Notes under the pieces: generated by a model
Databases searched by the model: none
What the model saw: the letters and a program-made list of their open reading frames with translations, nothing else
Told to the model about the DNA's origin: nothing
Shown here: piece by piece, positions 25,761 through 38,256 of the stretch
Numbering within the stretch: position 1 is the first letter of the stretch
How the letters are laid out: each line of letters begins with the position of its first letter
Assembly: GCF_041146345.1 (NCBI RefSeq)
Contig: NW_027191404.1
Span: 2,170,001 to 2,234,000, forward strand
Reading direction: 5' to 3'
DNA length: 64,000 bases
Source of the DNA: Neodothiora populina
Taxonomy: Eukaryota
Program-made: the position numbers and the translations under genes

Positions 25761-28028
25761 ATGGCTCCACAACGGAAGTCAGCAAGAAGGAAGGACTCTT
25801 CCAAAAAGTACTCCGTTGATCCATTCGACGGTCTAGACCTTGACGATGATTTGCATGAAGACAGCAATGCTCAAAATGAAGACGTACGCAGACACTCACG
25901 CGTCGCAGCCTATGCCCCTTCAGATCCAGCTGAAGATGAGTTCACTCCAGGTGAAGAAGACAACTTAGGTGATGAAGTTATTGAGAATGATTATGCGGAT
26001 GCAGACACTCTGCACGGGGACTCTGACCCTGAAGAACCTAGATTCCATGGGCCTCGAAGGAGAAAGATACCTGAATATGGCAAATCAAAACCTACTCGTG
26101 CAATCGCTGATCCGCGCTTTCAACCTCGTGGACTTCTCGAGCCCGCGACACGCGGGTCTAAAGAGGTCCAGAGATTGTTCATGTTTGGTCCCACCCTTGA
26201 GGATCAGGGCCCGCCTTTACAAGGGCACTTCAAGTGGAGTGCTGAGCCTACAACACCAAGTCGTAAAGCTACCGCTAGTGGATTTGGTGGGTTCACGCGC
26301 AGCTATTTTCTCACTCCTGATATCATCAAGAAGGAGGCCACAGAAGATTGGGAATGGTACGATTTTGATGGTGGCAAAGAGGCCTTTCAATCTGGGCAGA
26401 GGTCTTCAAAGCTGCCGGCCTCAGAAGCAGAGGAATACATGCCTTATAACGGACTACCGGCCCACACTTTTGTCATGGGACCTTATAAGCAGCAAAAGCG
26501 ATTCGGAATCCCGGTCGGCACGAGTATTGATCTGAACGAAGCTTGGGTGCCAGATGCATCTGCGGACCATAACACAAACAACATGCAAGACCCGAAGAGC
26601 CTTCGAGATGGTTGGATCATTAACCTTGGCCAGAAAGTCCAGTCACTAGATTGGGCACCCAATCATGAAGGATCACAGCAGTTCCTTGTCGTTTCAACGA
26701 TTCCTATAGTGGAGACCAGGACGGGCGAGGTACCGTATAAAACCTCATCAGCACCTGCTTTCACTGCTCAAGCGCCCTTCAAAAGCTCATTTCAAGTGTG
26801 GGAGTTTGCCTCGGCCGCTGATGGCAGAGTTAGTATACAACGACCTCCCCGATTACGAAAGGTCATATGTACTGAGTTTGGAAATATCAAATCTATGAAG
26901 TGGTGTCCGGCTCCTAGAAAGTTTGATACTGCATCACAGGAGCTTGACTTGAACGTAGGTCTACTTGCAATCCTCTTTGGAGATGGGTCAATCAGAGTCA
27001 TCGATGTCTCTGTGTCCCGGTCGACGACGGAGACAGAGTACGTACATGTGCAGAACACCGCTTTTGCCACACGTCCACCAAACACGATTTGTACATGTTT
27101 CGCATGGCTTAGCACGAACAGCATTGTCGCTGGCTGCGCAAATGGCACACTAGGAGTATGGAACATAGCAACGTCTATCACAGCTACCCCTGGCACGCCA
27201 ATCGTTGACTTTGCCGAACCGGTGATCTACGCAGCTCTAGCCACAACCTATGTGCTGTCTGTTGTATCATGTTCTCCATCGCGCCCAAACATTGTGGTTG
27301 CAACCACCATGGCCGGTCACCTGTACACTATCGACTTGATGGATCTGTCAACAAACACCACTTTCTCTCCAGCGGCTACGATCCGTTCTACACGCTCACG
27401 TATGGGTCGTTCCGTCCTTGTCTGGCACGATTGGTCCCAGATGGTGCTTTCAGCCGACGACAACTTTACGCTCGTCGCATACCCCCTGCGCCGCATTTTT
27501 CGCCAAATAGGATGTACACGGTACAAAAGCCCGGTGCTAGCCGTAGCTGTCAGCCCAGTCCATCCATTCGTACTGGCGGCTGGCGTGGGCGGCGAAGTCA
27601 CTTCCACCAATCCATTGCGCAGAGCTTACGAGAGCAAAGTACCCATCTGGAATCAAATATGGTTCACGCATGAGTGGCGTGCTCTGCACAGCAACGGAAG
27701 AACCACCTATGCAGTCGATGAAGACACAGAGATGTCATCGACCCAGTCAAACCAGGCCGGGCAAACCACCGAGTCCGCACGAGACGCCAGACAGGGCAGC
27801 CAACAAGGAATGAGCAGGATCCTAGAAGGCTACAAATGCCAAGAGATCAAGCTCTTCAACACAGAAGACTCGTTTGCCCACCGCGAAGGAGGCGCCATCT
27901 ACACGACCGTCTACGAGCTCAAGACGTCTGTCACGACCGTGTGCTGGAACCCGAACATCAATGTCGGCGGGTGGAGTGCTGCTGGCATGGCGAGTGGATT
28001 GCTCAGGGTCGAGGATATTGCTTCTTGA
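25761..28028 (+). CDS. TFC6: TFIIIC subunit Tfc6/tau91-like WD40 protein
   Basis: Intronless 755-aa ORF. Acidic N-terminus, degenerate WD repeats (VQSLDWAPN, MKWCP, GTLGVWNI) and the terminal WNPN..GGWSAAGMASGLLRVEDI typical of fungal Tfc6. Confidence 0.8.
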   Translation: MAPQRKSARRKDSSKKYSVDPFDGLDLDDDLHEDSNAQNEDVRRHSRVAAYAPSDPAEDEFTPGEEDNLGDEVIENDYADADTLHGDSDPEEPRFHGPRRRKIPEYGKSKPTRAIADPRFQPRGLLEPATRGSKEVQRLFMFGPTLEDQGPPLQGHFKWSAEPTTPSRKATASGFGGFTRSYFLTPDIIKKEATEDWEWYDFDGGKEAFQSGQRSSKLPASEAEEYMPYNGLPAHTFVMGPYKQQKRFGIPVGTSIDLNEAWVPDASADHNTNNMQDPKSLRDGWIINLGQKVQSLDWAPNHEGSQQFLVVSTIPIVETRTGEVPYKTSSAPAFTAQAPFKSSFQVWEFASAADGRVSIQRPPRLRKVICTEFGNIKSMKWCPAPRKFDTASQELDLNVGLLAILFGDGSIRVIDVSVSRSTTETEYVHVQNTAFATRPPNTICTCFAWLSTNSIVAGCANGTLGVWNIATSITATPGTPIVDFAEPVIYAALATTYVLSVVSCSPSRPNIVVATTMAGHLYTIDLMDLSTNTTFSPAATIRSTRSRMGRSVLVWHDWSQMVLSADDNFTLVAYPLRRIFRQIGCTRYKSPVLAVAVSPVHPFVLAAGVGGEVTSTNPLRRAYESKVPIWNQIWFTHEWRALHSNGRTTYAVDEDTEMSSTQSNQAGQTTESARDARQGSQQGMSRILEGYKCQEIKLFNTEDSFAHREGGAIYTTVYELKTSVTTVCWNPNINVGGWSAAGMASGLLRVEDIAS

Positions 28029-28536
28029 TTCTGGCGGGGTAGACGAGCTTTTTGCGCGGTCCCAGAGTTCGGTGGCGCATGCGTGTCCGATTCTCCTCTG
28101 TCAGGGTTTTCCCTCTTGTCAAGCTTGGTCCCTTGGTAGATATCCCCTGGTTGCGCTTCCAACCACGCTACCGATATACACATGTTTCGAATGCAGAATT
28201 TACGAACAAAGTGGTCGAGGATCGCAAGCGGGCATCACTTTTGCATCCATGTACTGCAGTGCACGGAGTACTGATTGCACTCCTATTCTTCTTGTTACAA
28301 TATACAAGTTGGCACTCTAGGAGCTTTGCGAGGTTACGACGCGTCACTCACGACGAAAGTGACCTCGAGTTTACAGGCGCATTCTGATTATAGAACGCGA
28401 GTGGAACCGCAGAATCATGGCCGAGGAGCACTTATTACCACATAAAGAAGAAAGGCATTGAAATTCATTATTGTCACATGGTTGAAACCCTGCGTGACCC
28501 AAACAACATGCTATATATAAGCACGGAGCGAGCACA

Positions 28537-30475
28537 TCAATGCATAACCACAGCGACATGGTCATCCATGTACTGGTTGATGTCGCCCAAGAAACAAGCA
28601 GCCAGGATACTGACTCCACCAAAGGCAATCGAGACGTAGTAAACCCACTTGTACGCCTCGGCGTACGCCATGCGGCCTGCGATGACCACAGCTTCGTATG
28701 CGGCGGGAGATCCGTGGATTCCTGGGATCTCTTGGAGCAGAGGAAGTAGTGATGCGCCTGTGAGTTCGATTGCTTCCTTGATCAACAGGGGGTTTGTGAT
28801 GTTGAGTTTCGTTACCATCACGCCGCCAACATAGTGGGTCGCTGCTGGGACAAATTTGCTGATGAAGACGTTGTAGTAGACTGTGTAGCCGATACTGCCT
28901 CCGATGACGCGAATGGCTAGGGTCAGGGCGGCTACGGTGGCAATGAGATCGTCGGGGCAAATAATGGTTGTGATGATAGAGGCTGGGACGACGATGCCGC
29001 CGATTCCCAGACCAGCAACGACAAGGATGCCCCATAGTTGATGAAGGTTGTCGACGCGGGCGATGGAAATGGCACCGCAGCCAGCGGTCATCAGAATCGA
29101 AGAGCCGATCATGAGCTCCTTATTGTGACCTCTGAAAAGGGAGAGGAGCCACAAGACGATACAAGCGCCAGCCAGAATCGCGAATCCCACAGGTAGACCT
29201 CTGAGGCCAACTCCAACAGGATCGTGGCCGTACATGTTGAAGGCCTGGGTTGGCCAGAACATTAGAATGGAAAAGAAGTTTGCTCCGGAAATGAAGGTGA
29301 TGACCAAAGTCAAAGCGAGGATGCGAGGCGCTTGACGTAGGCGTTTGGGAAACATGGGATACTTGGCGAAATTTGACTCCCAGACACAGAAGCCGACCAT
29401 CATGACGACACCCAAGATCAGCGGCACTAGGACATGGACAGAGCCCCATGGGTATTGATATCCGGCCCACTAGAAAGCTCGTTGTCAGTCATCGAACAGA
29501 TGGTACTTAACTTCAGGAAGACTTACCGCCATGCCCATCATGAAGAGGATCATGCCACCAATACTGAGTAGACCTCCCACCCAGTCGATCTGTGAGAGCA
29601 CCTCGCTCCTCGTCAACCCCTGAGAGTTGACACGGGGAGGAGGAAAGTAGAAGAAGAGGACTAAGAGGAATCCTATGGCAGCCCAGCAACCACAGAGAAG
29701 ACCAATGTACCTCCAAGTGGAGTAGTGAGCAATGAGCTGACCCCACAGCACGCTGGGGCAGAAGGGAAGAATGGTGAACACGAGTACTGCAACGTACTTG
29801 CCACGCTGTGACGTGGGGGCCATCTCGGACGTCGCCGCGAGAGCGGTCAATTCGTTAATGCCAGCACCAACCCCAGCAAATACCATGCCCCCGATGAAGA
29901 CATTCATTGAGTGTGCAGTCGAACAAATGATCATACCAACAACGATAAAGGCAGCTCCAGTAAGCGCAACGTATCGTCGTCCCATAAGGTCGGAGAGGGA
30001 TCCAACGAACGGGCACACGGCGGCCAAAGACAATAGATTGGCGAGGACGAACCAAATCCAACGATCAGCTCCTCCGATATCAGCATAGATAAGTGGCGGC
30101 ACCTTGTGGAACGTTAGCTGCCCAATTCTTCCGAGAAAGCTTTCGCCAGAAAACTCACGCCTCCGAACAAGTATACTGGGATCTGGGAGCCTGTCCAGAG
30201 GAACGCCATTGCTGTAAGACTCAGGAACCGTCGAGCGGTCATTTTTGGCTCATGGTCGTGATCTTGAGTCGAATGTCAGCATTTGGTGCGTATCAGTCAT
30301 CCATCACAGGGGGGAGTATCTGCGTACCTTCGTCATCCCCGTATGTGCGCAGACCGTCCTTCTCGTAGTAGTTTGTGTGACCGGGGACTTGCTCCATCGT
30401 CTTGATGCGTTCAATGTGTTCGTTTGTGCCGTCCTTGAGGACAGGAGGCGTGATGGAGCCATTAGTAGAAGACAT
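28537..30475 (-). CDS. MFS transporter, Tri12 (trichothecene efflux pump)-like family, 4 exons
   Basis: About 14 TM segments, GSLSDLMGRR (MFS motif A), FFYFPPPR, YVSIAFG, MDDHVAV. Introns 30263-30327, 30103-30158, 29470-29526. Confidence 0.87.
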
Positions 30476-31300
30476 ACTTCAGACACTAATGAAGAGGATA
30501 TGAGAGGGGAGAATTGATAAGCAGGGAGACGAAACGACCCTTTGTTGATAAAAAACATAGCGGGGGTCAGAGAATTAATATACAGCTGACTTGGCCCCCC
30601 TTCTCAGTGGTAGCACTGTGTGCATCGCTTACCTGGCAAGTCTCTGATCCAGATCGAGCCACAAAACGGTGTATCTTTCAGAAGTCTAAGACCAAATGCG
30701 GGGAGAATATGGTTCAATTGGTCGTGTTTGACGGCTAACATGCACGCCACACTTTGTCCCCGGAGCTTCAAACTCACACCACAAAGGTTCCCCCATATTC
30801 ACCGTAGACTTGGTATGGATCTCTCAGACAATGGTTCGGCCGAGGTAAGTCGCGCACCAAGCGTTTTTGGCTTCATCGTGACTAGACAGTATGAGCGCTA
30901 TTGCGCGGGACCTGTATGCGAAGATCCAGATGATTGGTCAAGAGGGAGGATCGTAGCAGGCATTCCCGATGTTCTACTTCGCAGAATCATCTTCCCCGCA
31001 GTTGATAAGAAAACGATATTATCAAGCTGTTTTGAGATCGTGTTGTATTACTCTTTGCTGGCACGCATTGGAAGACTATTCTGTATATGACAATTACTTT
31101 GTTAGGAGACTTCGACAAGAGCTGGCTCGAGCGCGACGAGCAGTTGAGCCAGAGCCTCCTTCTCCACAACCTTATTTCAACAAAAGGCGGGGTGTAAGGC
31201 ACCACGTTCCTTAGCTTCACGACGAAGTGTCGTTGTCACATCTGCATCAACGACAAGCATTTGCAATCTTGTTGTAGCACGCCGCCTTGACTTGACTAAC

Positions 31301-32376
31301 ATGGCAGCTCCTAGCAGTACTTCCGAGACCTCGGCTCTAATCCTCATCGCTGATGGGACCGAGGAGATCGAATTTGTTACACCATATGAGTGAGTTGGCA
31401 TTGCTGCTAAGCTCTCATGCCCAGCCTTCATAGTGCTGAATTTATGGTATAGCGTTCTCACTCGCGCTGGTGTTTCCATCAAATCAGCGGGTGTCAAACT
31501 CTCCAACCCCTTCTTTGCTCAGTAAGTCACACACATGTTTTTGATAGCGTGGCCGAGCCGCTGCGCAAATCATCACGTGGCTGCAATGTATGGGGTAAAA
31601 TGGCGACTTACCCAAGTGGTCCTTGTCAAAACGTTTTGCATCTCAAAACGAGGCAAAGAGCTGAAGACTCGTCCGACGGTTTGTTAGCCTTGATCTGCTC
31701 TTGGTCTACCCACAAGCTTCAGAGATAGCCCAAGTTGCGTGGCAAGATCCGGATCGTCCATGCTCTGGCACGTATAATCTACCACGCCACGAGCAGGAGA
31801 CTTGATTACATTATCATCATCAAGCGCCTCCATCGAGCATTCGATTGACGTATGCAGACATGAAACAGAAATTAGCTTGCTAACCAAGATCTTCGAACAC
31901 TCAGGTGCTCAAGAAACATCAAAATCATCCCAGACATTCCCTCTGTGGACGAGATACCAGATCGCATGATAGACAACGCGAGTATCTTGATCCTACCAGG
32001 AGGCGGACCCGGCGCCAAGACCTTCTGTCAATCACCAGAGGTCCTGCGCCTGGTTCGAGAGTTTCGCAACGAGGGAAAACACGTAGCATTCATCTGCGCA
32101 GGCACGACTGCGCTCGTCGAGAGCGCCAAATCAGGCGACGGCGAGGCAGCGAAGAAGTGCAAAGTCACTTCGCACCCGTCGGTCAAGCAGGAGATTGTCG
32201 ACGCGGGATGGGAGTACGCGGGCGATGAAGAACGGGTGGTCAAGGATGGGAATGTCATCACGAGCCGCGGTCCAGGCACAGCGCTGTTGTTTTCGTTGAC
32301 GATTGTCGAGACGCTTGTGGGCAAGGCGAAGAGAGATGAGGTCCAGGGCCCTATGATCTGCGCAGACACACTTTGA
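31301..32376 (+). CDS. DJ-1/PfpI family protein, 3 exons (introns 31390-31452, 31522-31904)
   Basis: LILIADGTEEIE, ILPGGGPGA, catalytic Cys in AFICAG, ITSRGPGTA. Confidence 0.92.
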
Positions 32377-33547
32377 ACCGAGGCTCGCTGTTTGTGCATG
32401 AGAGAGGAGGAGTACAAGCATACCTACCTTTTGTACCTTGCTTTGTCTGTAACAGGAACGTGGCTTGGAAACTTACCCGTGATACATCTATCCAATACCT
32501 TAAGGTACCTTACCTTACCTGCATCTCGTTACTTGTATCATTTCCCGGACCTTAGCATTGAGACGCGCAGCCATTGACTCTAACACTCTATTAAAGGTAT
32601 GAATACCTTGTTGAGATCCTTGCCTCGGTTGTATACCTCTTCTCTATCCTTAAAGAGATAAGATGATAAGACATACTGGATCACAGGATCAGCCAAGCCT
32701 TTTTCCGTAATGCTCAGCCCTTCTCGGGCACATTACACACTCACTAGGGTAGGACGTAGGCATACAGAGGGAAAAACGAGGCCGCGCGATCTAGGTGGAA
32801 CAGAAGACAATGTGGGAGGCCGAGGCAGTTGGACAGGACAGGAAGACTTGGAGTAGTAGTGGGGAATTCTTCCAAATGGGAGAGGTAAAGTATTGTGTGT
32901 TCATTAAGAATTTCACAGAGTAGGGGCTCCTTGAATAGTTTGTCCGAGTCTGTTTTGTTTTGTTTTGTTGGATGGGATTTCGGTTGTAGTCGCAGATGGG
33001 TGAGATTTCATGGTTTGGGGTGCGATTCGTTTACCTACCGTGTGTGGCCCTTGCGTATCGTCATTCTTTCATGCAAGCTGCTGGTGGACCACTGTTCACA
33101 TTAGGTCATGTCAGAACATCCCTATTCTTACCTTAGGTTGTTTGTTGGTGCAGAAACATGTCTAGTGGAGGAAAGAGCGGTTAGGCAGGCTTGATCTGGG
33201 CGTTTTATTCTTGATTTGGAGTTGTTTATTATTGTGTTCTCGAAGTCGCAAAAAATCTCATGTGTGCAGGTCGCAAAGTTGGTTCAATATGGTGTGGTGC
33301 ATTTCAGTACGCTGCAAGTAAGCCTATCATCAACGCATTTTTTGGTCGGTACCATTACATAGCACCCATGAAATTTCGTTCTTGAGGCATGATCAGAGTG
33401 TTTTGGTAGAAGAAACCCCCATAAAGTATCTGATTCGATCTCTTTTTGATTTTTTAAAAAAAGACGATGCACACCCCATATGCCGTAGCCTCAACCTGCG
33501 CCCGAACGACAATCAAACCACATCAAGCAGCCGTGACAATCGACTCC

Positions 33548-34159
33548 TTAACGGGAAGTGGCCTTGACCTTCATGGCAGGACCCTTGGCACCCTGCTTGG
33601 ACTGGATGCGCTGGGCCTGGCCCTTTGCGGCGCCGGCGGCGGACTTGGCCTTCTCGGCCTTCTTGAGCGACTCGGCGGCGGTCTTCTTCTCCTTGCCAGC
33701 GGCGACGGCGGCAGCGCGGGCGGCGGAGCGGGCCTCAGGGCGTTGCGAGCGGCGCTCCTTGATCACATCGAGGGAGGCACCGACGATGGCACGCTGGTGC
33801 TTGACGGTCTTGCGGCTGCGCTTCTTGGCGACCTCCTGTAGAGAGAATAGATCCATCAGCCATCTTGTTCCACCATCTGCGACTTTCTTGTGTTCTCGGT
33901 ACTGACCTCAGAGATACCCTTCTTGTGTTGTCTGCGGTAAAGAACGGTCCATGCGATCTTGCGGGGGTTCTTGCGCTGGAGGAAAAGGGACTCGCTCTTG
34001 CCGGCCTGGAAGCGGAAGATCTTGGAGTCACCACGGATGTAGAGCTTGCCCTGTTCAATCAATCAGTCGCCGAGTTCGGTTGTTAAGGAGAAAATAGAGC
34101 AGACGAACGCGACCAGGGTAGATCTTGGCGCCGGAGAAAGAATCTTCGTAGACACGCAT
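33548..34159 (-). CDS. RPL24: 60S ribosomal protein L24, 3 exons
   Basis: FSGAKIYPGRG, KNPRKIAWTVLYRRQHKKG, RAIVGASLDVI. Confidence 0.97.
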
Positions 34160-35528
34160 TTTGATTGTCGATTGGCTCTGTACGGGTGTTAGAAGGCTTG
34201 TTCAGGGAGTTGTGCGGGCTTTCAACTCGGATGACCAGTGAACTGATGGCAGTATGCGTTGTAGACGGAAATCAGGGATTCGAGAGATGAGTTCGTGAGC
34301 AGAGCGATCGATTATTCGGGTGTCGAGGACAAAGTGGCGGTCGTCTGTGGGCCAAAATCCCTTGTTGTGCATCGTAATCCCTAAGCCCCGAAACAAATCT
34401 CATCCCATTTTCCGTTCCATGTTTTTCGCGCACACACTGTCTTCATTACAAGTCATCCGAGCTTCCATGGGGTTGCGTACCGCGTGTGCTGTTGATTGTC
34501 GTTAGTATTCGCTGGGCGATTTCTCTCGAAGGCGGACGATGATGCCAATGTCGGATTTGTGAGATTGTGTGGTCGCTAAGTGCACGGGCCGATCTACACT
34601 CACTTGTCTTGGCGTCATGACCCTCCGCCTTGCAGCCTCCAGCCTCAGCATTTCAAGCAATCGCGCAACTTATTGCACCTCTTCGGTTTATGCTCGACAA
34701 TAGTATAATTAATAGACAATAGAGGCTTGTAGTCTCTGACTTATACGATGATCGTAGTAACGTCAAGAAGAAGATCTTGTTCTCCTCGTCCCATCACTTC
34801 CAGACTTTCCTGATGAACTACTAGTATGATCGAGTGCCAAGACCCAGCACCGTCTTACACAAAATCAACCATTCTAATCAGATAATTATACTGTCTCCAT
34901 ATATCCCCTCATCAACAGCTCTACCACAACCACCTCGTCCGAATACATGCCACACTATCCCCGAAATACCAGCATTATCGCCCGGTAGCATTCTTCCACA
35001 AGCAATGCGCTAGACTCTCAGTACCAGCATTCCTACAGCTTCGTGTTTTCATCTGCTACCATACCTCTCACACGACAGAACCAAATCTGAATACAGTGTC
35101 AGAACCAAGGTAGGAAGGACTGTATCCATCATGCATAAGACGCACGCGTACAGATGCATTTGCTGTGTATATACATCTCATGTACGAGGAGCGTATCAAG
35201 TAAGCTTCTGGACCATGACATATTATTGATGTATTGATTGTGTGCATGCATGCACGCACGAATGATAATTGACATGGCATGCTACAGTTCGAGTGCCGCC
35301 TTACAAGCGCTGGAGACTTGAGTCTTTGTAAATGATGCATGTCGTGTTGCTTTTCAGATTGATCCGTTCTGCAATATATAGAATATTTTCGGTTGCATGT
35401 AGAAGATTAGGCGTGTAATTTATGAGCATAATGCCCCTGACATTCTTAAGCTAGAAATCAAATTGCATTGCTCATCATTCACCGAAACGTCCCATCATGC
35501 CATTCGTAGATTCGTTAGATACTAACCA

Positions 35529-38256
35529 TCAATATCTGACTTTTGTCTCCTTGAATATATCAAGTACATCTATCCCCGCACCCGTCGATGTGCTACTCTC
35601 GCTAGCGTGCGGCTGATGATGATGGTGGTGGTTATGATGCAGTCGCTGGTGATTATGTGCGCAGACGTGCTCGGTGGCTCCTAATGTTTCGAGATTACAA
35701 GGGCAGCCATTCAGAGTACCACTTGTTTTGAGTACCGCCATCAATGCAGCCTCGAGGAGCCGGTTCCTCCGTTCGATCGCCGCCAATCTGGCTTCTAGCC
35801 TAGACTGCTCGTTCTCCTCGGCCTTCTCGGCCAAACGAGGGGGCAATGGCTTGTTTTTGACCGGTGTAGTTGCCTGATCGTCTTGTCTTCTCATAGCCTT
35901 TGCCCTTCCAGCCGTCCTGGTACTTGATGGGGGAGATGGAAAATCTAGGCTGTTACCTCGATCTGCGATTGGGGGAGAAGGTAAGGTTTTCTGGATTGAG
36001 CCTGCTCTGGCCAGTTTCGCATCGAACATGTCCCGAGAAAGCTGGGACGCGGTGCTTTGTCTTGTGGGTGTAGGTGGCAGCTCTTTCATTGGTGGTGGTG
36101 ATACTGGCTGCGTCTTCGGTGTCTCATCTATAACCACTCTCCGATCCGGGGTACCCGCCCTTGAGTTCACGGTAAGCCTTGCTGAGCGTGGGCGAGATAC
36201 AGGACTTTTGCGGCCACGAAGAAATGCGTTGGTCGGTCTTCGAATGTAGCCAATCTTAGGCGACCCGGCGTGAGCTGCAGTAGCTACTCGCACATTTTCT
36301 GATATGTCCACAAGTCGTCCTGTATGTTTCATTGGCAAAGCTCCAGCGCACGAGACACCGGACAGATTGGTGGTTGATGTATGTGCGCGAAGCTTGGCGA
36401 GATCGAGAGGTCGTGGTCCATCTGGTCTTGCCCTCTTCAATCGTCGGCGAGGAGTGTTGGATTGTGAAGACTTCTTCAGGGGGTCGATTGTGCCAGACAA
36501 TCGAGCGTTGCTCTTCACAGCCTTTGGTAGCACCTTCGATGCGTTGAACTTGTCGTGGCTCTCATCATTCTCATCCACGCTTACTATCATTTTGTACGTG
36601 TCTATGGATTTGACTCTGCCACGGCTCTCAATTTGAGGCAGAGCGGTGAGATCTAGTACCGAAGGGGCTCGTAATGCTGGGTGCTGTGCTTTGGGCGCGT
36701 TGCGTAGTCTCATGTCCTCGGGTGAGGGAGCGTTGCCGCGTGCTTGTGTTCTATCCATGACATTCTCAATCATTCTAGGTTTGCCTTCATTGTTTATTCT
36801 CAGCGGGCTGCGCGGGGGAGGAGGTCCTGGACTATCTTGCACAACTCTTTTGAGCTCCAGAGCAGGATCTCGCGACCAATGTAGGCCTGTGATATCGCTG
36901 CTATCTCCTTTGAGCAGTGTAGACTGGCTCCCTACCCGACGGGGTGTCGGATGTGCAAGCTGTGGTGGCTTCGACGTGTTCTGTACTGATACTGCTCTTT
37001 TGTCGCTTCGAGACGGTGGTGGTAACAAAGATGGAGAGCCGACTACTACAGGATGGCTTCTGAGAGGCGCAATATTGGTGCCTGTGTCGTGAGAAATTTG
37101 TGGTGTGATGCTGACCCTGCCATCGTGTGCAGGCGCGGCGCGTTGCTCGGCAGGGGACTTCCCGGGGGTGTTATCGGACGCATCAAGAATGCGCACTGTA
37201 GACTCCATTGACCTGTCGCTCGACAGGCATGCTCCCTTACTAGCTGCTTCACTATCATGGCCAGAGGTCTTGATGTCAACACTGGCAGGCGCCTCGTCCT
37301 CGAATGCTATCATCCAGTTGCTCAGATTCTCCGAACTACTTTGCTCAGGGAAGCAAACAGAAACACTGGATTCAAGAATATCAGGACTGGTCAAGACATT
37401 AGAGTGTTCGCCATGATTTTGCTCATGGATCATGACTTACTTAAGAGATGGTGCACAATCTCCAACAGATGTTGATGATATATGGGGTGTCTCTTCAATC
37501 TGTAAGTATTTCCTACCTTCATGGAGGTCATTAGTCCAATGTTCAGTCATGCTGCACTTCAAGTTCTGACCGTTCTTCGACACTTTCTGGACCACCCCTC
37601 GAGGGAGCTTCTGCTCGGCAGAGAGAGCTGGTGTTTCGTCCTGCTTGGGCACAACGTCATTCAGCCTTGGATCTGTCAGAGATGTAAAGCCAAATGTCAT
37701 ACAAGCACAAATAGGTCACGAACCTTAGGTGAGCTGCAGCGAGTTTCTCTGACGGACCTCTAGAGTTTGACTTGAAGAATCTCATCGCAGAGACGATCTT
37801 CTTGCCCCGGGATCTCTTGGACGTCGCCTCCAGCGGCCCCGTACTTTTGAGGAATACTGCCATCTTATAAGACGGATTTGAGGGAGGTAAAACAAGCAGA
37901 TTCGTCTGGGTCATCATCTCGTCGAGGAACGGCCCTTGAGAGGAGACTTCTGCTGGGATATCATGGAGGGTAGGCTGGACGTCTTGCTTTGGTGCTGGTT
38001 TCACATCCCTACCTTGCAGCGAGCCTGTGTGGCCCCTCTTAAGTTTACCTGGCCCAACTTCTTCAGCCACAGGGTGCTCGCGTATGGGATTGGCAATAGA
38101 GGGCACTGCATTCGGGCTGACCGTCATACCAGTCGGGTTCAGCATCGCTGACGAGCGACCTGATCTAGCAGGGTTTTGCTGAACCTCGTGCTGCCTGGGC
38201 GTATGATTCGAGAAGCGATGGTCGGTCCTACGACGTGGAGCCCCGGAAGCATGCAT
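35529..38256 (-). CDS. Large, mostly disordered uncharacterised protein with a C-terminal coiled coil, probably 4 exons
   Basis: ORFs join via introns 37666-37723, 37517-37570 (in frame, tentative) and 37387-37440. Motifs AVFLKSTGP, GPPPPRSPLR, K.LPP.P and LEARLAAIERRNRLLEAALMAVL. Confidence 0.7.

Noticed and set aside
31655..31710. TPP riboswitch in the DJ-1 intron (GCTGA...TTGATCTG resemblance)
   Set aside because: Lacks the CTGAGA and GATAATRCCAGCG core elements.
28537..32376. Tri12-like pump as a marker of a toxin biosynthetic cluster
   Set aside because: No PKS, NRPS, terpene cyclase, P450 or pathway regulator in the window; the neighbours are housekeeping genes.
37431..37442. In-frame TAA between two ORFs as readthrough or pseudogene
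   Set aside because: The stop lies inside a canonical GTAAGT..CTAAT..CAG intron (37387-37440).
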